Assembly: GCA_965243135.1 (NCBI GenBank) | Contig: OZ251539.1 | Coordinates: 2,848,001-2,912,000, forward strand | Source of the DNA: Alphaproteobacteria bacterium | Lineage (GTDB): Bacteria > Pseudomonadota > Alphaproteobacteria > MPNO01 > UBA830 | Length of the DNA stretch: 64,000 nucleotides | Reading direction: 5' to 3' | Shown: positions 1 through 9,558 of the stretch, piece by piece | Numbering within the stretch: the stretch's first letter is position 1 | Layout of the letters: every line of letters starts with the position of its first letter | Notes under the pieces: model-generated | What the model was told of the DNA's origin: nothing | Databases searched by the model: none | Seen by the model: the letters and a program-made list of their open reading frames with translations, nothing else | Made by a program: the position numbers and the translations under genes

Positions 1-591
1 GTACCGGTTCACGATCCGCGAGAATCCTTCCTCGTGCACATGGACGACGACGGCGTCGGCCTCGTACCGGATTCGGAGGTCGTCCTGCTGGATCCGAAAA
101 ACCCACGCTATGTCTTCCAACCCGGTCAGTTCCTCGTCGTACGCCGTCCGCACCGACGCCCGCAACGCGCAGTTGGCGTTGTTGCAGAAAGGATGACCCG
201 TCTCGGGCGGAAACCATCGTCGCATGATCTCGAGCTCGGAAAAAGCGCTTCGTTCGTCGCCGGTCTGTCGCCCGTAAACGAGCGCGACGTCGTCAGGCGC
301 TTCCAGCGGCGCCGTCAGGCGCTCCAACCAATGTTCGTCGGCCGGCGGGCGCTGGCGAACACGAGAAGATCGCCCGACGCCGCCTCGCACCCGACGTTGA
401 GGGCGCGCCCGAAGGTGAACGCGGAAGGCGCGAACAACTCGCGCGCCGACCCGTTCACCGACCGAAGCGTCCGTCGATCCTGAATCGACGAGGACGATCT
501 TGTCGGGCTTGCGGGTCTGACGAGCTATGCCGTCGAAGAGCCGGGGCAGGTGGGCGGCCTCGTTGAGAGCGCGGATGGAGATGCTGGCCAT
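1..591 (-). pseudogene. Family 2 glycosyltransferase (rhamnosyltransferase-like), eroded and cut by the window edge
   Basis: Manual minus-strand translation from ATG 591: MASISIRALNEAAHLPRLFDGIARQT..IVLVDSGSTD; a shifted frame gives FTFGRALNVGCEAASGDLLVFASA; then WLERLTAPL..VYGRQ..PFCNNANCA..YDEELTGLEDIAW. Absent from the ORF track. Confidence 0.75.
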
Positions 592-959
592 GCTGAGGGT
601 GCGAGAGTCTCCGTGTCGGAACGGCAGGCGGCGAGGCGGGCGACCGGAAAGGCTGTCTACATGTAGAGAAAGAGCCCTCCCGCCGCAACGGCCCGCCGAG
701 TAGATGATTGTCCGCTACGCATGCTCGCCAAGTTCAGCCCCCGGCTTGTTCGGGCCCGCAATTCGGTTGAGACCGACCCCGCCGCCGCGGTGCCTTGACC
801 CGCCCTCTCGACAGAGATTGTCGACTGCCTGCGTTGCGCTTCATGGTTGATAGCGGCGCCAGAAAGCCAGAGAAAAGCGCAGTGAAAAATGTGGAATCGC
901 GCCGCAACCCCGGCGTGGGACCGCTCTGTCCGTCGCACCGACATTGTGCCGCCCGGCGC

Positions 960-2008
960 GAACTCCTGGCCTCGCCGCCGCCGAGGCGGCGCGCAACGAG
1001 CCTAAACGCCTGAAGTCGGCCTCTTCGGCAAACGAACGGGCCGCCCGCGGCGAAGTCGAGGAAGCGACTCGACGAGCGACACCCGCGGCGCGCAAGCTTT
1101 ACAAGCGCGGGCGCGCGCCGCGCTTGCCCGGTTTTCGGGGAATGCCGCCGTCCGCGGCAAGCCTTGCGCGAAAAACGGAGAAAAGGTCTCCGGGCAGGTC
1201 GAGTTTCGCGCCTGCAAGCGGCGTTGTTGCCGGCCCCGCGCGCGCCAAAGCGGGAGGCGCGCCGGCGCCGCGGTTGGTCGCGAACGACAGCGCCGGTGCC
1301 GGGACTTGCGCTCCGTGCGACCGCGACAGTCGCTCAACTTCGAGGTCTCGCCGGCGGGGAACGGCGTCAGGCGCCCTTTGTTCCCGCCCCGTCGTCCGTT
1401 CGGCGACGGTTTCCGGCGCGGCGGTCTGGCAGCCGGCTATCAGCGCCTTGAGCGCCGTCATGTTCTCCTCGTGGCGGCGTTCGTCGGCTTCGCGCTGTTG
1501 CAGCATGGCTGTGCTCTGCTGCTGCGTGGCCGCGCGCTGTTGTTGCCCGCGTTCGTCGTTGGCGCGGACCATCGCGACCGTACGCCGACGGCCGCGGCGG
1601 CGTTGGCGGAAGCGACGGCGAGGTTGGCGATCGCGAAGGCAGTCATGAGCGTCCTTTCCAGAGACGGTTCCGGAGACAGTATCCGCGGCACCGATCGTCA
1701 AGAGAGAGACGCTTGCGCCAGGGCAAGAACGGGGCGGTGGCGTTCATTGCCAGGCTCTGTCCTTGAGGCTGCAGCAGGGGCGGCGCACGCATGCGCCGCA
1801 AGCGGCGAAACGCCTGAACTCCAGCCTGCGGTTCCGTCGAACGGGAGCGTCGTCCGGTCGAGCGAGGCGGACTTTCGCCGTCGAACCTCCAGGGTTCGCT
1901 CGAAGCCATGGGTGGAAAGCCTGAGGAAACATGCAACCAGCGTGGGCCTGCCCTGCTTCGGGACTGGAGACGGAACGGGCAGGTGTCACCCCGCGACCGA
2001 ACGCTTAC
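960..2008 (+). mobile_element. IS66-family remnant (tnpC 5' fragment and right terminal IR)
   Basis: 981-1037 matches the tnpC-like segments at ~20672 and ~39803; GAACGCTTAC at 1999-2008 is the reverse complement of the GTAAGCGTTC end seen at 5758 and 39589. Left boundary uncertain. Confidence 0.55.
1400..1646 (-). pseudogene. Small hypothetical coiled-coil protein, frameshifted; second copy at ~40310-40500
   Basis: MTAFAIANLAVA.. then shifted ..MVRANDERGQQQRAATQQQ..RRHEENMTALKALI; near-identical peptide at 40.3-40.5 kb. Confidence 0.4.
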
Positions 2009-2360
2009 GTGTTTTTTTGCCGATATGATCCAAAGGATCAATTCAACATAAAAACAAGGATGTTTATCGACGACGCAACTTAATGTGAAGGTCTTTGTCG
2101 CGGCCTGCGAAAAATGTGCCTGCGGCTCGGCCTCGTGACGGTGGTCATGATGGGGATGGCGCTCGGCATCTGCGGGCGGAACGTCGGAACCACATGCGGT
2201 CACTGGCCGCTCCGGTCGAGCTGCGCGACACGGGATGACCGCTGCGGTCGTCTGACCGCCCCCAAACTGGCTGCCTGCGTTCAGGCCACGCTTGGCTCGC
2301 CCCGGGTTTGCGGTGAGGCGATGCGGCATGTCACCGTGGCCCCGAACGGAGAATGGGTAG

Positions 2361-5270
2361 CTATGCATTATCAACTGAGCCGTTAAAAAGCGCAACCATT
2401 TTATACAATCGATTTTCGCTTTCTTTAATCATTTCAGAATATACTGCATTGTTGAATCCCCACAAAACAGAATCGTATTTTTCGTTTTGTCTAACAAGAA
2501 ACGGCAGGGTTACAACGACCTTGAGATTTGGCAAATTCTCGATAAATCTATCAATAGTGTTTTCTGAGTTCAAATTGTCAAAATCCCACGAAACAATACG
2601 TTGAAACAATCTTTCATTATATATACAGAATACAGTCGATGTCATTTTATCTATAGTAACGAACGTCGTTCCATCGAAAACTTCGACAGACAGAATTTTA
2701 GTATTTGAATTTAGGTCAGATATAAGTCCGCAAAATAAATCCCATGAACCTTCTTTTTGATCAAGAAATTTGTGTACCGATTTGATCTTTGTCGGAAAAT
2801 CCTTTCCAAACACTACGTCATCTTCCGCAACCTGAATTCGCTTCATTCCGCTAATCTGTGCATAGCGCGCAATTACATAATGACTCATACCACAACCGAT
2901 CCAGCTAGGCTGTCGGCGTATACCATCAAATACGGTCCATTCATTAAATAAAAATTCCCCAATCATGTCATTCCGCCGCATGAACGTTTCTGGCATAGAA
3001 ATGAGAATCTTGTCACCTGACAGTACGGGAGGACATATTTCTCTAATATATGAACTCGGAAGAATACCAATAGCGATCAAAAACCTGTCGAACATGAATG
3101 AAAATCTTTCGTTAGACGCTTTTACGGAAAGTGACATTTTTTGTTTCGACGGGGGGTTTTTCAGTGCATCTTCCACAGCATACAGCATAGAAGCGACAGA
3201 TCCTTGTCCAAAGAATGTCACTACGCCCTCAAGCTCTGGATAATCTTTCTGATCACTTGAGGATTCCGAAACGACTGGGGTTCCTAGCGAAAGGCACTGC
3301 CAAATTCGCGGAACTTCTAGAAGCCCATTTTCATAGTGATGCAGATTAATGACAACTCGTGCAGATTGAATTATTTCTTCCAAGGGAGAGCCAAATACGT
3401 CATTGACTATCAAAACGTTATATTTCTTCTTCAGTTCTGACAGCAAGCGTTGTCGTCTAGGGGAACTGAGGTTATCTCCATAAAACAGGATCTCACATGT
3501 TTTTCTGGCCTCATTCTTCGCACCCTCGTAAGAAGGTAGACCACAAATGGGGAGATAGTGGACGTGTGGGAAAGCTATCTTCATTTCATTAAGAAAGGGA
3601 AAGTTATGAGTTGCATATTCGAGAACAGAAAAAGAGTTATTCAATATATATAAATATTTTTCGTCAAACCAGCGAGAAGAAACTGTCTGTTCCACTTGAA
3701 ACGATATGAGTTTATCAAAAGGTGGAAGCTTTTCAAAAAATTGAGGACATATCACAATGTAATAGGCTAGAGAAAAATCATCGGGAGGACTCGTCGTCGT
3801 ATGGACGTTCCAACCATGCGCCTGTAATCGGCGTTCGATAGCTTTTGCTATGAATAAAGTATGAGGCGTTGCCATAATGCCCCAAGAAATCGGATATTTT
3901 TTTCTCTCGTATAATCCGGTAATTTGTTTCTCCACCTTCCAAGCGTTGTATCTGCCAGAGTGCTTTAGAAACGGCAATGGTGTTCGTTCAAAAATTAGAT
4001 TCCTTACTCGAATTTTAGTTGCTGAAGAGAGCGGTATTTGGCGCCATACCACGCGGACAGTTCTAGCTATTGTTCTACGCACGCCCCAACCCAGCGCAAC
4101 CGACAATCGTCGTAGACCCCGAAGCGGGGCAGTCACACGCCAACTCTTGGATATGTATATACTTTCGATCTCGCCGTCGCGCTTCGCCAGCGCATCCCCC
4201 AACGTTCCGATCCGGGCGTTCAGTTCCGCGATCTCGCCGTCGCGCTTCGCCAGCGCATCCCCCAACGTTCCGATCCGGGCGTTCAGTTCCGCGATCTCGC
4301 CGTCGCGCTTCGCCAGCGCATCCCCCAACGTTCCGATCCGGGCGTTCAGTTCCGCGATCTCGCCGTCGCGCTTCGCCAGCGCATCCCCCAACGTTCCGAT
4401 CCGGGCGTTCAGTTCCGCGATCTTGATGTCTGGTTTTATGGCGTCGAAGTTGGATTTTATTCGACGGAGCTTATCTAAATCTCCGCTGTTCATATCACCA
4501 TATGACCAACGGTTAAATATCTCGAAACTTGATACGAGCAGAGGCGAGAGGGTTGGATCTGTTTCTAACTCCGTGCAATCGGTGTGATGATGGCGTAATT
4601 CCAACGACAAAAAATCTTCAACCTCGGTTTGGATATTTGCTGACATATGCTTCGGCCATGTAACCCCCAAGGCATTTTCGAGTCTATTCATAACCTCATA
4701 CGGCCGTGAAAGAACTTCGTCGTAGCTCAACCAAGCTCGCCGAAAGTCCCGTGTTTTCTCGTCAACATCAAGAAAATGTCTTAGCCACAAATTATGCGCG
4801 ATCCATGGTTCGATTCCATCACGGATATAAAGGGATGCAGCGACATCCAGAGGATTGCGTATTGGTGAGACGATGAGGGGGGTGGCACCAAAGGTCGACA
4901 AGACCTCGATCCAGAACGGCAGTAGACGGCATATTCGAGGATCTTTCAGGGCAAATAGAGAACTGTCTCCGAAATCTTCGTCAAGCGCAATTAGCGCTCG
5001 TTCCATAAATTTGTTTTCCAGCTGATAATCGTGCCAACATGAATCCAAATTTGCCCAGTCATCCCAAGAAGAGTGCATAGATGCGAGAATTTCTTCGTTT
5101 AGATTAACCACTCTTAGTGGTTCCCAATATCCACTAATGTTGCTCCAATTAGCTGGCACTAGCAATTTTGGAAGATCGCAGCCAAACAGTCCTAGAAGGC
5201 GCGTGATTGCCGATGTACCGCTTCGGTGCATGCCGGCGACGAGAATGACAGTTTTGTTCTTTTCGCGCAT
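2361..5270 (-). CDS. Sulfotransferase-family / coiled-coil / glycosyltransferase fusion protein (~969 aa)
   Basis: ATG 5270 preceded by GGAG; GMHRSGTS PAPS-binding loop and LKDPR motif; 4x21-aa heptad repeat ending in SKSWRVTAPLR; GT-B-like region (ARVVINLHHYENGLLEVPRIWQCLSLGTPVVSE); C-terminal GT25-like motifs (GCGMSH..VAEDDV). AT-richer than flanks. Confidence 0.8.
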   Translation of the reverse strand: MREKNKTVILVAGMHRSGTSAITRLLGLFGCDLPKLLVPANWSNISGYWEPLRVVNLNEEILASMHSSWDDWANLDSCWHDYQLENKFMERALIALDEDFGDSSLFALKDPRICRLLPFWIEVLSTFGATPLIVSPIRNPLDVAASLYIRDGIEPWIAHNLWLRHFLDVDEKTRDFRRAWLSYDEVLSRPYEVMNRLENALGVTWPKHMSANIQTEVEDFLSLELRHHHTDCTELETDPTLSPLLVSSFEIFNRWSYGDMNSGDLDKLRRIKSNFDAIKPDIKIAELNARIGTLGDALAKRDGEIAELNARIGTLGDALAKRDGEIAELNARIGTLGDALAKRDGEIAELNARIGTLGDALAKRDGEIESIYISKSWRVTAPLRGLRRLSVALGWGVRRTIARTVRVVWRQIPLSSATKIRVRNLIFERTPLPFLKHSGRYNAWKVEKQITGLYERKKYPISWGIMATPHTLFIAKAIERRLQAHGWNVHTTTSPPDDFSLAYYIVICPQFFEKLPPFDKLISFQVEQTVSSRWFDEKYLYILNNSFSVLEYATHNFPFLNEMKIAFPHVHYLPICGLPSYEGAKNEARKTCEILFYGDNLSSPRRQRLLSELKKKYNVLIVNDVFGSPLEEIIQSARVVINLHHYENGLLEVPRIWQCLSLGTPVVSESSSDQKDYPELEGVVTFFGQGSVASMLYAVEDALKNPPSKQKMSLSVKASNERFSFMFDRFLIAIGILPSSYIREICPPVLSGDKILISMPETFMRRNDMIGEFLFNEWTVFDGIRRQPSWIGCGMSHYVIARYAQISGMKRIQVAEDDVVFGKDFPTKIKSVHKFLDQKEGSWDLFCGLISDLNSNTKILSVEVFDGTTFVTIDKMTSTVFCIYNERLFQRIVSWDFDNLNSENTIDRFIENLPNLKVVVTLPFLVRQNEKYDSVLWGFNNAVYSEMIKESENRLYKMVALFNGSVDNA
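4166..4423. repeat. Perfect intragenic tandem repeat, 4 x 63 bp
   Basis: Unit cgatctcgccgtcgcgcttcgccagcgcatcccccaacgttccgatccgggcgttcagttccg at 4166, 4229, 4292, 4355; encodes IAELNARIGTLGDALAKRDGE. Confidence 0.97.
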
Positions 5271-5439
5271 TTCCAAACTCCGGCACTCTGTGCAGCATGT
5301 AACCGGGAACTTGTTGAGTGGGCGCAATCCCCGTATATTCCCCGTGTGGTCAAAGTCCACCAAATTGTTTTTATTGTCAAGTGTGAGATGTCGGGCGTTT
5401 GTGGTGTGCCATTTTTTGTCGGCTTGGCACCCGGCTGGC

Positions 5440-5720
5440 ACCCTACGGATCGCCTTGATCGCCCTTCGGCACGCAGGGTCGCACGGACGACTGGTTCCGA
5501 TCCCTGTCCCCGTCGGGGCGAAGCGGAACCATGACGCCATCGAGCGAGACGGTGCACGAAGCCGCTTCCTCCTGCACCGTTTCCACCTCGGACGTCCCTA
5601 GCCGTCCTTTCCTTCTCGTTCCAGCGCTCGCCGCCCTCGTCGACAGACGCGCAACTGGACGGGCCTCCCGGCTCCGTTCGTCGGCGTGCGGTGGCGCAGG
5701 AGCATCGCTGCGAGCCGCCG
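5440..5720 (-). pseudogene. Probable ISKra4-family transposase fragment
   Basis: Minus-strand peptide VQEEAASCTVSLDGVMVPLR resembles the first catalytic-Asp motif of ISKra4 transposases; stops nearby. Confidence 0.4.
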
Positions 5721-5989
5721 GTTTCTACAGCCTCGGGCTTTCGGCGTCCACGCCAAGGTAAGCGTTCGCTGCCCGGGGGACGAAAAAAATTTGCCCCGGG
5801 GACAGGAAACGATTCGCTGACCCCTGTATATCGCCTTTATGGAGTTGGCGACACCAGATTACGCACCTTCGGTGCTTTTTTGATTCCAACCCTTTGATAT
5901 AGCGCGTTCTTTTCTCGCGAACCGATAGATCGGGAAGGCAGAGGATTCCTCCTGCTTCCCCGGTTGCAACAGCTTCGGGGGAAAGAATC

Positions 5990-7090
5990 ATGGTCCGTCT
6001 CAACCAGCGCAGGGTCGACGCCCTCAAGCCGCGCAAGTCCGCTTACGACGTTCGCGACGACGATCTCAAAGGGTTCGGCGTCCGGGTGCTGCCGTCCGGC
6101 GGAAAACGATACTTCGTCCACAGCCAGCACGAAGGACGGCGCGTCTGGAAGGTCGTCGGTAAAGACATCGCCGAGGAGGAGGCCCGCGCGCGGGCGAAGG
6201 CCGCCCTGGCGGCGATCCGAAACCGGACGTCGGCGATCGTGCCGGAACAGACCCTGTTCGAGGCGGTTGCCGAGGAGACGTTCGAGCGTTACGGGCGGAA
6301 CTGGAAACCGCAGACGTTCGAGGTCAACCGCGGGTACTACAGGAACCATATCCTGCCGTGGTTCGGGGGACGCCAGATCGCCGAGATCGCGCGGCGGGAC
6401 GTCCGGCGCTGGTTCGCTTCGTTGCGCGATACGCCGGCGGCGGCGGATCGCTCGGCGCCGGTCCTGTCGGTGATCATGCGGCAGGCGGAGGTCTACGGCT
6501 ACCGGACGGAAGGCAGCAATCCGTGCACGGGCATCCGGCGCTATCGGCGGCAGGGGCGCGAGCGGTTCCTGACGGCGGCGGAACTCCGCCGCCTCGGAGC
6601 GGTCCTGGCGAGCCGCGAACCCGACTGGCGGGTCGCGGCGGTGCGGCTTCTGCTGCTGACCGGTTGCCGCAAGAGCGAGATCCTGACCCTGCGATGGATC
6701 GGCTACCGCGAAGGCAATCTGTTCCTGGAGGACAGCAAGACGGGGCCGCGAACGGTCTGGCTGTCGTCGGCCGCCCGGCAGGTTCTGGACGGGCTGGAGC
6801 GACGAAGCAGGTGGATCTTTCCATCTCCAGCGAAGGACGGCGCCCTGAGCGCGGAAGCGATCGGGCGTTTCTGGCGGAAAGCGAGGGCGGAAGCCGGACT
6901 GCAGGACGTCCGGCTGCACGATCTGCGCCATACCTACGCCAGCGTGGCGCTTCGGCACGGCGAGACCGTGCTGACCATCGGCCGGTTGCTCGGCCACAAC
7001 GATCCGGGGACGACCCTCAAGTATGCGCATCTTGCCGACGCGGCGGTCCACGAAGCGGTCGAGGCGGTTGGCGCGGTCTTGGAGGGATGA
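5990..7090 (+). CDS. Tyrosine recombinase/integrase with arm-type DNA-binding N-terminus
   Basis: DDDLKGFGVRVLPSG N-terminus; TGCRKSE, DSKTG, HDLRH, LLGH and terminal Tyr (TTLKYAH). Confidence 0.93.
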   Translation: MVRLNQRRVDALKPRKSAYDVRDDDLKGFGVRVLPSGGKRYFVHSQHEGRRVWKVVGKDIAEEEARARAKAALAAIRNRTSAIVPEQTLFEAVAEETFERYGRNWKPQTFEVNRGYYRNHILPWFGGRQIAEIARRDVRRWFASLRDTPAAADRSAPVLSVIMRQAEVYGYRTEGSNPCTGIRRYRRQGRERFLTAAELRRLGAVLASREPDWRVAAVRLLLLTGCRKSEILTLRWIGYREGNLFLEDSKTGPRTVWLSSAARQVLDGLERRSRWIFPSPAKDGALSAEAIGRFWRKARAEAGLQDVRLHDLRHTYASVALRHGETVLTIGRLLGHNDPGTTLKYAHLADAAVHEAVEAVGAVLEG

Positions 7091-7093
7091 GAC

Positions 7094-8188
7094 ATGCGGA
7101 CTCGTCTGACCGACGCCAAGATCGCCGCGCTGCGGCCGCGCGAACGGGAGTACACGGTCTGGGACGAGCGGATCTCCGGGCTCGGGGTTCGCGTGCGTCC
7201 GTCCGGGCATCGCAGCTACGTTTTTCTCCGCAACGGTCGCAGGGCATCGCTCGGCCCGGCAGCGCTCAAGGCGGTCGACGAGGCGCGCCGCGAATGCCTC
7301 GAGGGCGTCGCGCCTGCGGAAACGGCACCGTCGTTCGGGGATTTCGTCGCGAACCAGTGGAAAACCGCCTGCTGCATGCATTTCAAGCCGTCGACGCAAC
7401 GGACGGTGAACTCCATTCTGAACAGCCAGTTGCTGCCGACCTTCGGTTCCACGCCGCTCGACCGGATCACCGCGGCGGAAGTCGGCCGCTGGTTCGACCG
7501 GTACAGCCGGACGGCGCCCGGCGGAGCCAACGGGACGCTGGACATATTACTGCAGATAATGAACCATGCGATCATGCGCGGTCACATCGAAAGGAATCCG
7601 GCGCAAGGCATCAAGCGGAACAGGCGTCCAAGGATCACCCGCTTCCTGTCGCGAGAGGAACTCCGTCGTCTCCATGCGGAACTGGACGTTTGCGGGCGCG
7701 GGACGCGCAAGCAGCAGGCGGACATCATCCGTCTTCTGCTGGCGACCGGCTGCCGGAAGAACGAAATCGTGAAGCTGCAATGGCGCGAAGTGGACGAAAC
7801 CGCGCTCAATCTCGCGGACAGCAAGACGGGACCGCGAAAGGTCTTTCTGAACGCGCAGGCCCGCGCCATCGTCGAGCGCCAGATCCGGACCGGGAGCCCA
7901 TACGTCTTTCCGTCGGCATCGGACCCGCGGCTCCCGCAATCGGACAAGCTTCCGCTCTGGCACGAGGCGAGGAAGCGGGCGGGGATCGAAGATGTCCGCC
8001 TGCACGATCTGCGGCATACCTTCGCCAGCCACGCCGTCATGCAGGGGGTTCCGCTGCCGGTCGTGGCGCGGCTGCTCGGTCATCGGGACGTGCAGATGAC
8101 TTTGCGCTACGCGCATGTCGCCGACAGGGATGTCGAGGCGGCGGCGGAACGGATAGGAAGCACAATCTCAGGTCTTCTGGACGGTTAG
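7094..8188 (+). CDS. Second tyrosine recombinase/integrase, paralogue of the upstream gene
   Basis: WDERISGLGVRVRPSG; TGCRKNE, DSKTG, HDLRH, LLGH, MTLRYAH; starts 3 nt after the first. Confidence 0.93.
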   Translation: MRTRLTDAKIAALRPREREYTVWDERISGLGVRVRPSGHRSYVFLRNGRRASLGPAALKAVDEARRECLEGVAPAETAPSFGDFVANQWKTACCMHFKPSTQRTVNSILNSQLLPTFGSTPLDRITAAEVGRWFDRYSRTAPGGANGTLDILLQIMNHAIMRGHIERNPAQGIKRNRRPRITRFLSREELRRLHAELDVCGRGTRKQQADIIRLLLATGCRKNEIVKLQWREVDETALNLADSKTGPRKVFLNAQARAIVERQIRTGSPYVFPSASDPRLPQSDKLPLWHEARKRAGIEDVRLHDLRHTFASHAVMQGVPLPVVARLLGHRDVQMTLRYAHVADRDVEAAAERIGSTISGLLDG

Positions 8189-8343
8189 CCCCATCTGCAC
8201 ACCAGCGCGATCCAGCCAGATACGGAACCGTCCGTTAAACTTTCGACCGCCGCAAGAGTTCCAATTTGGCCGGACGATCCTGAAACAGGAACTGATAGAT
8301 CGTAAAGAACGATGGATGTTCCTGCCGCAACCATTTCCGAATG

Positions 8344-9558
8344 TCATTCTGTCCTGCAGCCGTTATGCGGATTCCAAATTAATCTTCCTTCCGGTTCCAT
8401 TTTCGAGGGATTTTCCAAAAAGGCCAAGCCATCTCTGTACATGACATATTCGGTACCTCGGAGTTCCGTTGAAGAAAAACCGGCAATTTCGGACTTGGGA
8501 ATATCAGGATGTTCCGTCGGAATTTCTCTCTCTACACCAATTATATGGCTCAAATAATCTAGAAAATTTTGACAAACTTGTTTTGCGATAGCGAAATTCC
8601 CAAAGATTTGGGGAGCAATTTCGTAGTAATATCTTGGAAAAAAGTGATATCTTGGAAAAAAGTGATAGGGATCTGAAAAAATAACAAATTCCTTATCGAC
8701 GTAACGCAAAATTTCAAATTCTAAATCATAATCCTCTGGGCGGTCTATATGGAACAGGATCCACTCAATCCATCTTACGATTTCCGTTGCGCCCAAGAGA
8801 GAGAAATTAGAGCGAAACGTCGCCATAACGGGCGGCATCGGCGGATTTTCGGATTTCGAACCAGCTGAAGACGATCCGGAAGGCTGCGTCACGGGATTGG
8901 ATGTGTCCGCGACGCATAAAAATGAACCCGACCTGTTGGGTCTCGATCCAAATCCGATACTGTAACCGTTTATCACGTTTCCGTACTGGGAATGGACAGC
9001 CAAATTTGGCGTCACCTGCCTTTCGAGTTTTTTTATTGTCCTTCTCCTTATTTCTTTCGATGTAATTTTTTTGGCGAAGGATCCATGCGCTTCCACGATT
9101 ACGATCCCATGCCCGGCAGCGGGACCATCGCCGTAAATGAAATCCGGACGCGGCCTAGAAGTTGAAAATGAGCTCTCTCCGTTGTCGCGCCATGTATATC
9201 CCAGCTGATTCATGACCAGATCGGCGATCCCTGCTCCTACGCTGCCTGCAAAGGACGCCCTTGCCGCATCGGCTAGACCTCCAAAGTCAGGTGAAAGAGT
9301 GAATGAATGCCTGTTTTCGATCAACAATAAGGCTTCAATGAAGGATTTTATGCCCAAAAAAACAAGCATTCCGGGGGACGCCTGCCGCAGTGTTTCGGTT
9401 CTTGCTATCGATGCCGCAAGAGCGATCCGGTTAAAGGTCAGTTTCGCGGGAAGACCCGGAGGACGAAAGCCGGGGGTAACCCGGCTGACGCCGGCATGGC
9501 AGCGGTCAATTGGATTTACCTCAATCGGGGTAGGCAGGCTGGCGACCGGCCTGTTCAT
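8344..9558 (-). CDS. Hypothetical protein with possible PD-(D/E)XK-like nuclease motif
   Basis: ATG 9558 overlaps the stop of the type ISP gene (ATGA); RPDFIYG..IVIVEAHG resembles PD..ExK; AT-richer; 18-bp duplication (YHFFPR x2) at ~8629-8664. Confidence 0.6.
   Translation of the reverse strand: MNRPVASLPTPIEVNPIDRCHAGVSRVTPGFRPPGLPAKLTFNRIALAASIARTETLRQASPGMLVFLGIKSFIEALLLIENRHSFTLSPDFGGLADAARASFAGSVGAGIADLVMNQLGYTWRDNGESSFSTSRPRPDFIYGDGPAAGHGIVIVEAHGSFAKKITSKEIRRRTIKKLERQVTPNLAVHSQYGNVINGYSIGFGSRPNRSGSFLCVADTSNPVTQPSGSSSAGSKSENPPMPPVMATFRSNFSLLGATEIVRWIEWILFHIDRPEDYDLEFEILRYVDKEFVIFSDPYHFFPRYHFFPRYYYEIAPQIFGNFAIAKQVCQNFLDYLSHIIGVEREIPTEHPDIPKSEIAGFSSTELRGTEYVMYRDGLAFLENPSKMEPEGRLIWNPHNGCRTE

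Noticed and set aside
4166-4423. 63-bp repeats as a CRISPR array
   Set aside because: Units abut with no spacers, lie in frame in a CDS, and no cas genes are present.
5271-5540. N-terminal extensions in the ORF track (also 31414-32199, 39198-39554, 57979-59106)
   Set aside because: Homology, RBS or gene overlap support later starts.
5750-5757. 8-bp IS66 target duplication (acgccaag versus gccgaagg at 21989)
   Set aside because: Only a partial match; suggestive but not supportable.
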